A DNA stretch of 32,057 nt from a virus (lineage: Duplodnaviria > Caudoviricetes). The stretch is taken from IMG/VR virus record IMGVR_UViG_3300048902_000295, positions 1 through 32,057 of that record. The stretch is one strand, 5' to 3'. The notes under the pieces were generated by a model that was not told where the DNA came from, made no database searches, and saw only the letters and a list, made by a program, of their open reading frames with translations. The position numbers were made by a program, and so were the translations under genes. Below, piece after piece: positions 26,640 to 32,057 of this stretch (within the stretch, counting starts at the first letter, position 1; the number at the start of each line of letters is the position of its first letter).

Positions 26640-26995
26640 CAGTGAAGGCCTCGTTTTTCTTTTTCAAATTCTGCCCAGCGAATCGCTTCCCGATAATGCT
26701 CCGGAATCCGGGCTTCGCGACCCACTAGCCCAGGAGGTACCATCGCTTGCGTAAGAGCGAACTGGCTTTCAGCAATGGCTTCTGTCGGTGGTGTCCACGT
26801 GGTAGGAGGCGCTTCCTCCTGCTGCCCGGTCTCCGACTTGCTGCTTTTACCTTCGTTCTCTCGCCGTGCATAGGCTAGAAGCTCCAAGACTCTTTTCAGA
26901 TCGCAATCATCCACATACTCGAAGGTCCAGCCGGTGCGCGTGATGATTGACCCGTAAACACCGGGCCAATCTACTGGATTGGAAGTGGCTTTTCC
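26639..26995 (-). CDS. Tail assembly chaperone C-terminal (GT-like) part, reached by -1 frameshift
   Basis: The -1 frame reads VDWPGVYGSIITRTGWTFEYVDDCDL...; no good independent start; slippery candidates lie at the end of the upstream gene. Confidence 0.7.
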   Translation of the reverse strand, partial: GKATSNPVDWPGVYGSIITRTGWTFEYVDDCDLKRVLELLAYARRENEGKSSKSETGQQEEAPPTTWTPPTEAIAESQFALTQAMVPPGLVGREARIPEHYREAIRWAEFEKEKRGLH

Positions 26996-27336
26996 GCGTC
27001 CGGCTTTTCGTTTGGGACAACAACGGCAGGGACGCCCGAGTTGCCCATCACGATCATCATCAGTCGGCGAAGGTTCCCCAAGTCCACAAGCTCTTCCAGC
27101 TCTTCCTTCTTAAGCCCTGGATAATTCCTCGACATCGCGGCGTGAACGATGTCCATCCACTTTCCTTGCTTCTCCGGAAGATTCTGCTTCGTGATTCCTT
27201 CGTCCATCTCCAAGATCTCAGGCCACAGCGTGCGTGCCTGCTTGACGCTTAGGCAAGGAACGACAAACTCTTGCCCACCCAAAACAACTCGATTCCCCTC
27301 AAACTTAATTTGTTCGACCAGTTTTTCTTCCGACAT
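26971..27336 (-). CDS. Tail assembly chaperone (G-like)
   Basis: Lies between tail tube and tape measure; HAAMSRNYP...LVDLGN. Confidence 0.8.
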   Translation of the reverse strand: MSEEKLVEQIKFEGNRVVLGGQEFVVPCLSVKQARTLWPEILEMDEGITKQNLPEKQGKWMDIVHAAMSRNYPGLKKEELEELVDLGNLRRLMMIVMGNSGVPAVVVPNEKPDAEKPLPIQ

Positions 27337-27401
27337 CCGAACCCTGACCTTTCTTTTTAAAGTTCCGCGTTTGATGGATGCGCGGCCCCCGGTTTTAATC
27401 T

Positions 27402-28145
27402 TTAGAACAGATCGGCCATCAACGCGCCGATCACGTTCGAAGCATCCGCGTTCGCGCCGCCGTCAAAGTCCATGATCCAGAAGTCTTCGAGCTTCGTCGG
27501 AATCGAAATTGATCCCAGCGTCACGTCGTTTAGCTCCAGGGCCAAGTACTTGTTCCTGAACCTGTTGTACAGAAACATCGTCAGCTCCGGAGCGTAGCCC
27601 ATGAGCTGGTTGTTCAACGGGATGGTCACGCCCGAGTTCACGAAGTAGGTGTACGAGATCTTGACCGCCGTCCCGTTGTCCGCCGAGGCGAACGTATACA
27701 CGCCGGTGGTCAGGTTCACCGAGTACTGCCCGGAGATAAGCCCCGCCGTATTCGCGTTGTATGTGAAGTTCTGCCCTGTGAGCTTGTTGATGACGCCCCA
27801 GTCTTCGACGATCGGGGTGTTGGTCACGGTGGCTGCCGTCGCGTTAACCGTGTGCAGTTCGCCGTCCACGATCAAGTTGTATCCCGCCGTCTCGGTCTGC
27901 GCGAAGTACAGCTGGTTTAGCAAGCGGATGTCGAACACCGCGAGCTTTCCCTTGAGGTTGACTTCCAGCTTACCGCGTGCCGTCGCGACCGGCATCTGGT
28001 ACTGACCGAAAAGTTTCTTCAGGTCGCCCTTGAAGTCAACGCTGGCTTCCTGCAGGATGCCGAATTTCAAAGGTGTCGGCAGCGCAGGCAGATTTCCAAG
28101 CGTCGGCTTTCCGAAGAGCACGCCTGTCCCGAACTGAATGTTCAT
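27402..28145 (-). CDS. Major tail (tube) protein
   Basis: QFGTGVLFG, FGILQEASVDFKGDLKKLFGQ, TKLEDF; GAGGA RBS; synteny. Confidence 0.85.
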   Translation of the reverse strand: MNIQFGTGVLFGKPTLGNLPALPTPLKFGILQEASVDFKGDLKKLFGQYQMPVATARGKLEVNLKGKLAVFDIRLLNQLYFAQTETAGYNLIVDGELHTVNATAATVTNTPIVEDWGVINKLTGQNFTYNANTAGLISGQYSVNLTTGVYTFASADNGTAVKISYTYFVNSGVTIPLNNQLMGYAPELTMFLYNRFRNKYLALELNDVTLGSISIPTKLEDFWIMDFDGGANADASNVIGALMADLF

Positions 28146-28198
28146 TTCTCTTCCTCCTCAAATTGCTGCCTGCCGACCAGGAAGGCCACCAAAAATTT

Positions 28199-28681
28199 TT
28201 ATCCTACGTCTCCCGCTAACATATAAATAGGGATTGAAATGACCGCTTGCTCGCTCGCCGTCGACACGATCACTTCGCCCTCAATCCAACAGTGATAAAC
28301 TAATCCTCCTAGCGTTTGCTTACCATAAGGTGGGTCAACGTCTGCATACAGCGCGTTCACAAACCCCCAAAGCAAGTTGAACCCGCTCGTCTGCGGCAAT
28401 ACACTGGGCGGCATCGCCGAGTCGGTCCGAAGGTAAATCAACAGCACGGCGGTAAACGTCCACTTCGCGAGCGCAAAATTTTTCTCTTCCGTGTGCAGTG
28501 GACCAGGCACTAAGAACATAGCCGGTTGCGAACCAGCCGGCACCTCGTCGGGCGGAATCAAGACACGCCGCGCCTGCTGAATCTTCAGCCCACCCGGAAA
28601 CGTCGCCGTCTGAAGCTGAGCAAACAACGCGGCGTACACCGTCTCGACGTAAGAAGGGTCAAAGAAAGAAGTGGCCGGCAT
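28199..28681 (-). CDS. Tail terminator/completion protein
   Basis: QTLGGLVYHCWIEG motif, QPAMFL; directly upstream of the tail tube gene. Confidence 0.7.
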   Translation of the reverse strand: MPATSFFDPSYVETVYAALFAQLQTATFPGGLKIQQARRVLIPPDEVPAGSQPAMFLVPGPLHTEEKNFALAKWTFTAVLLIYLRTDSAMPPSVLPQTSGFNLLWGFVNALYADVDPPYGKQTLGGLVYHCWIEGEVIVSTASEQAVISIPIYMLAGDVG

Positions 28682-29295
28682 CACGCCACCTCCCTGGCGA
28701 GCGTCGCGCGCAGCCGCTCGAGAATCGTTTCGCGCATCTCAGCCAGCGAAGTGCTCATGAATGGTCGCGGCGGCAGCGGCGGGTGAACGACGTGACGCAC
28801 TACGATCCCACCGAGCTGGCCGAACTCCCCGATCTTCGACGGGCGATGCGATCCGCGTCGCTTCCCCAGCTTAAACGTAAGCGACCGGCCCTGCGTCGAC
28901 AACGCGCCAGCGCCGAGCGAGCCGCCCGGAAAGAAGGCCAAGGCACGCTTATCAGATTTCCCGGTAACGATTCCGGGGAAGATGTCGTAAGTCCGTGTGC
29001 CGCCCTTCTCCTGCACGGCTGGGTAGATCGAAGCGAGGCCGCCGCCTGCCGTCACGCGGCCTACCAACCGGTTGCCAATCTCCTTCGTCGCTTCCCGGTG
29101 GACCGAACCCAGCAGCCCTCCGCCACCACGACGTGTCTGCAGGACCTCGCCGGAAAGCTTCTGCTGGATGCGACGTTCGAGCTCGAGCATCAGCCGGTCC
29201 ATCTCGACCATCATCGCTTCGCGAATCTTCACGCGGCGAGTCGTAAGAGCTTTCTGAACTCTCTCGTCCGTTGACTTAAAAGATATGTTGATCAT
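28681..29295 (-). CDS. Neck protein, HK97 gp10-like
   Basis: ATG 29295 (ATGA overlap); KLSGEVLQTR, YPAVQEKGG, HPPLPPRPFM. Confidence 0.75.
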   Translation of the reverse strand: MINISFKSTDERVQKALTTRRVKIREAMMVEMDRLMLELERRIQQKLSGEVLQTRRGGGGLLGSVHREATKEIGNRLVGRVTAGGGLASIYPAVQEKGGTRTYDIFPGIVTGKSDKRALAFFPGGSLGAGALSTQGRSLTFKLGKRRGSHRPSKIGEFGQLGGIVVRHVVHPPLPPRPFMSTSLAEMRETILERLRATLAREVA

Positions 29296-30200
29296 GAGAT
29301 TGACGCCAGTCGCTTGTAGTATTCGAAGACGCAAGCGTACTCCGGCGGCCACTCCCAACTTTGATATGATGTTGTCGAAGATGAGGTGCCGGCGTTCACG
29401 CCTCTGGTCTTTTGATCTTGCCATGCCTTCCGCTTGTAGTTAATCGCGACCACGCAGCGAACGGCGTACTCGAGGTCCGACGGCGCGGCATTCACGTCGT
29501 AGGTAACCGCAACCTGCTGCCCCTCGTCGGCGACGTTGAAAACATAAAGCCCTTCAGACACCGCGTACTGTCCCGGCCCCGGCGTGTTGTCAACCTGCTC
29601 CAGCGGAAGCAACGTCGGATAGTACAACACGCCACCGTCCGCTACCCACGGCGCACGCTGAAGTGAAATTGTCTGCGCCAAGATGGTGTCGATCTCATTC
29701 GTGACCGTCTGCGGATCGTAGCCCACGTCAAGGCTAAGCAGAATGTTTCCAACTCCACGGGGGAATGCTGGGCCCTTCGTCGTGCCGCCGTAGGTGCTGT
29801 AGTTCGGGTAAGGAAACGTAGTGAAGTTTCCCTGACCGCCGCGCAGCGCGATCGAGTGCCCACCAGCATCAACGTAAGCTCCCCAAACCGTCGGCCCGGT
29901 CGAGACCGGAATCGGCGCACCGTTCGCGCTGACGGACCGCAGCGCCTTGATTGGCCAGCTCCTGGTCGGCATCCGCTGGTTTCCGTTTCCGTCATACACT
30001 TCGTCGATGACCGTCACCACCGAGTTCAAGCTCGCTTGCCCCGTGTAGTTCAACAGGTGCTTCGAGAAGCCAGTAATCGCCGCTTGAATCTCGTCGTCAT
30101 CAGCGATCGGGTCGATGCGATACGGGTCGTTGTTCAACCCGGCCTGCGCACGACGCTTCACGGCGTTCAGCCAAGTCAAATCGATGCTGTTCGGCGACAT
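29292..30200 (-). CDS. Head-tail adaptor/connector protein
   Basis: ATG 30200 (TGATG overlap); EVYDGNG, FPRGVGNI, PSDLEYA, YKR terminus. Confidence 0.75.
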   Translation of the reverse strand: MSPNSIDLTWLNAVKRRAQAGLNNDPYRIDPIADDDEIQAAITGFSKHLLNYTGQASLNSVVTVIDEVYDGNGNQRMPTRSWPIKALRSVSANGAPIPVSTGPTVWGAYVDAGGHSIALRGGQGNFTTFPYPNYSTYGGTTKGPAFPRGVGNILLSLDVGYDPQTVTNEIDTILAQTISLQRAPWVADGGVLYYPTLLPLEQVDNTPGPGQYAVSEGLYVFNVADEGQQVAVTYDVNAAPSDLEYAVRCVVAINYKRKAWQDQKTRGVNAGTSSSTTSYQSWEWPPEYACVFEYYKRLASIS

Positions 30201-30937
30201 CAAGGAACCACCACCAGTCCGCTGGCCGTTGGCAAACTTTCGCCGCAGGCCTTGCTGAAAGCTGTCACGCGATACCCATAAGAAGTCGAGCGCGTGATGC
30301 GCGAGTCTTTCCAATAGTTAGACCGAACGCCAACCGTCGCTCGCAACAAGAAGTTGATCGAGTCACTGCTGCGGTAAACGTTAAATGATTGAACCGAACA
30401 CGCAGCCAGCGGCGTCCCGGCCACCCACTGCACCGTGATGAACTTCGTTCCCTTTAACGTCACGGACACGAACGCTGGCGGCGTCGGCGTCGGGCCAATC
30501 GGCGGCACCGGCGGCGTCGGGATGCTAACGTTAGCGATGTTGGACAGCACGCTTTCGTGCCCTGCCCCGTCGAACGACGTGACCGCGTACCCATACGTCA
30601 ACCCGTCGACTACCGTGGTGTCGTCGTAACTCGTCGTCACCGCGTCAACGGTAGCGAGAATTGAAAAGCCAGATCCGGTCGAGCGATAAATGTTTTGCCC
30701 GGTGATTCCTGGGCTCGTCGAGACGGTCCAATTCACCAAGACATCGTGAGCCCACGCTGTGTTCGGAAAAAGAAACAGCATCAACAAAAGTAAAATAGTA
30801 CGAGGCGACCGCGCCGAGCGCTTCAGCCCTGCCGCCTCATCTCGCAGAGCAACGAGTCTGGTCGCTGCGAGCTGTTCACCCGCACCGCAACTACCTAATG
30901 GTGAGTTGCAAAACGTTGCTCCCCAAGCTCTTGTCAT
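30200..30937 (-). CDS. Secreted tandem FN3 protein (start codon uncertain)
   Basis: KRSARSPRTILLLLMLFLFPNTAWA signal-like segment; two FN3 domains (NIYRS...TYGYAVTSFD..ES..SN; FNVYRS...YGYRVTA..GES). Confidence 0.75.
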   Translation of the reverse strand: MTRAWGATFCNSPLGSCGAGEQLAATRLVALRDEAAGLKRSARSPRTILLLLMLFLFPNTAWAHDVLVNWTVSTSPGITGQNIYRSTGSGFSILATVDAVTTSYDDTTVVDGLTYGYAVTSFDGAGHESVLSNIANVSIPTPPVPPIGPTPTPPAFVSVTLKGTKFITVQWVAGTPLAACSVQSFNVYRSSDSINFLLRATVGVRSNYWKDSRITRSTSYGYRVTAFSKACGESLPTASGLVVVP

Positions 30938-31710
30938 CTAATCTCTCCCGTCAAAGCTTGCGACGCTCGCAAGTCGGCGACGTAAGAATAAGTTCCCATG
31001 TGAGTGGTGCACATCCATGGACAGATCCAAATCTTAAACCCAAGAGCTTTACAGTCTTGGCAAAACCAGTAATCTTCGGAATCATACTGGCGAGTTTCCG
31101 GGTTTACCGCCGACTTGAAAAAGTCGTGAATCGCGCCGGGCATGTCGTACTCATCCGCCTTGCCGGAATCATACCAGCGATCGGGATAAGCTTCGACGAA
31201 CTTCTCGAAGACGTTCTGGCGAATCATCATGATGCCCGTGCCGATGTGCTGCACCTCGACCGGCTCGGTCAGCGACATCTCGGTCGTGCCGGGCAACGGG
31301 TTAAACACGGGGAGGCCGCCGGCTCGCGCAATGTCCGCCGCCGAGTACTCGCGATGGTTCCGCGCGAACATGCGCTGCAGGCGCGGCCACGCAATCTGCT
31401 TCTTCGAGCACGGTGCCCCGACGATGTCCAGGTCGAGATCGAGCAGCCGCAGGATGTCCGTCGGCTCGAAGCCGATGTCCGCGTCAATGTACACTGCGTG
31501 CGTCAGGTCCAGCCGCTTCCGGTAAACATCGGCGAGCCGGTTCCGCGCTCGAGTCACGAGCGACTCGTTCACCGTGCTGATGAACGCGTGCTCCACTTCA
31601 TTCTTAAGCAGCAGTTCCTTCAGCGTCAGGCACGCATTCCAATAATTGTTTAAGCACGCGCCGCCGTACATCGGCGTTAAGACGGCGAGGCTCTTTCCCT
31701 TCAAGCTCAC
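30934..31710 (-). CDS. GT-A fold glycosyltransferase-like protein
   Basis: TPMYGG, ESLVTRARN, IDADI (DxD), GTGIMMIR, SEDYWFC. Confidence 0.8.
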   Translation of the reverse strand: MSLKGKSLAVLTPMYGGACLNNYWNACLTLKELLLKNEVEHAFISTVNESLVTRARNRLADVYRKRLDLTHAVYIDADIGFEPTDILRLLDLDLDIVGAPCSKKQIAWPRLQRMFARNHREYSAADIARAGGLPVFNPLPGTTEMSLTEPVEVQHIGTGIMMIRQNVFEKFVEAYPDRWYDSGKADEYDMPGAIHDFFKSAVNPETRQYDSEDYWFCQDCKALGFKIWICPWMCTTHMGTYSYVADLRASQALTGEIR

Positions 31711-32057
31711 GAAGCGACCTCCTGACTTAAGGTAAAGCGAGATACGTTGGCTTCGCCGGTCGGGTCGAGCACCAGCGTGGTCGTCGGCACCGTAATGTCC
31801 TTATACTCCGGGCACGAACACCCGACGATGATCGTCGGGCACGACAGAACTTCCTCGAGAGAGTGAGAGTGTGCGATGATCGGGTCGTGCGTCTTTACCA
31901 CTCGCCCTCGCGACCGCAGGACCTGCGCCCACCAGCCGCCGGGTGACTCGTCGGCGATCGCCGCGCCGGGCTTATAAGCAAGCCCGAGAATCCCCACGTC
32001 GCCTCGGTCGGGGATTTCATCCAGCATCGATCGCAGCATTCGCCGATTCATCACGAC
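31707..32057 (-). CDS. UDP-glucose/GDP-mannose dehydrogenase family, C-terminal domain (5' part outside window)
   Basis: VGILGLAYKPG..DESP, HDP motifs; frame is open to the window edge. Confidence 0.75.
   Translation of the reverse strand, partial: VVMNRRMLRSMLDEIPDRGDVGILGLAYKPGAAIADESPGGWWAQVLRSRGRVVKTHDPIIAHSHSLEEVLSCPTIIVGCSCPEYKDITVPTTTLVLDPTGEANVSRFTLSQEVAS

Noticed and set aside
16084-30314. Long N-terminal extensions in the track for ORFs starting at 16317, 21941, 22912, 29424 and 30314
   Set aside because: They overlap upstream genes; internal starts with stop/start overlaps (16083, 21350, 22840, 29295, 30200) fit better.
90-31653. Numerous plus-strand ORFs in the track (e.g. 1533-2351, 11043-12134, 13561-14514, 16455-17336, 30898-31653)
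   Set aside because: Antisense shadows of GC-rich minus-strand genes: Arg/Val-rich, with no recognisable motifs, while the minus strand is already tiled by coupled genes.
1-32057. CRISPR array, integrase, transposase or stop-codon reassignment
   Set aside because: No regularly spaced repeats or recombinase motifs seen; TAA, TAG and TGA all end genes normally and ORFs are intact in the standard code.

Overview
This window is a 32-kb segment of a tailed (siphovirus-type) phage or prophage, with every credible gene on the minus strand. In transcription order (right to left) it starts with a UDP-sugar dehydrogenase (partial) and a GT-A glycosyltransferase. Next come neck, tail-tube, tail-chaperone (-1 frameshift) and tape-measure genes, then a DUF2460/DUF2163/NlpC-P60/tail-tip module and a fibre. 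A lysis region (holin-like, M15 endolysin, spanin-like) ends at a terminator near 9290. A strong sigma70-type promoter then opens an early region of small ORFs, a DUF932-like protein, a HicA-like protein, winged-helix proteins, a C5-cytosine methyltransferase-like protein and a GT-B glycosyltransferase (partial). Two things stand out. (1) Five Sec-signal-peptide, mostly Cys-rich Ig/FN3/beta-helix/fibre proteins are woven into the virion and lysis operon. They include FN3 domains that appear to lack strand A and a beta-helix protein ending in a lone FN3 strand A. (2) The early region is rich in RNA structure: a ~460-nt multi-stem RNA ending in a type II hammerhead ribozyme whose pseudoknot covers the next RBS, an anticodon-less tRNA mimic, and an RBS-sequestering leader on the methyltransferase. 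All family assignments are by eye from motifs and synteny; no searches were run.
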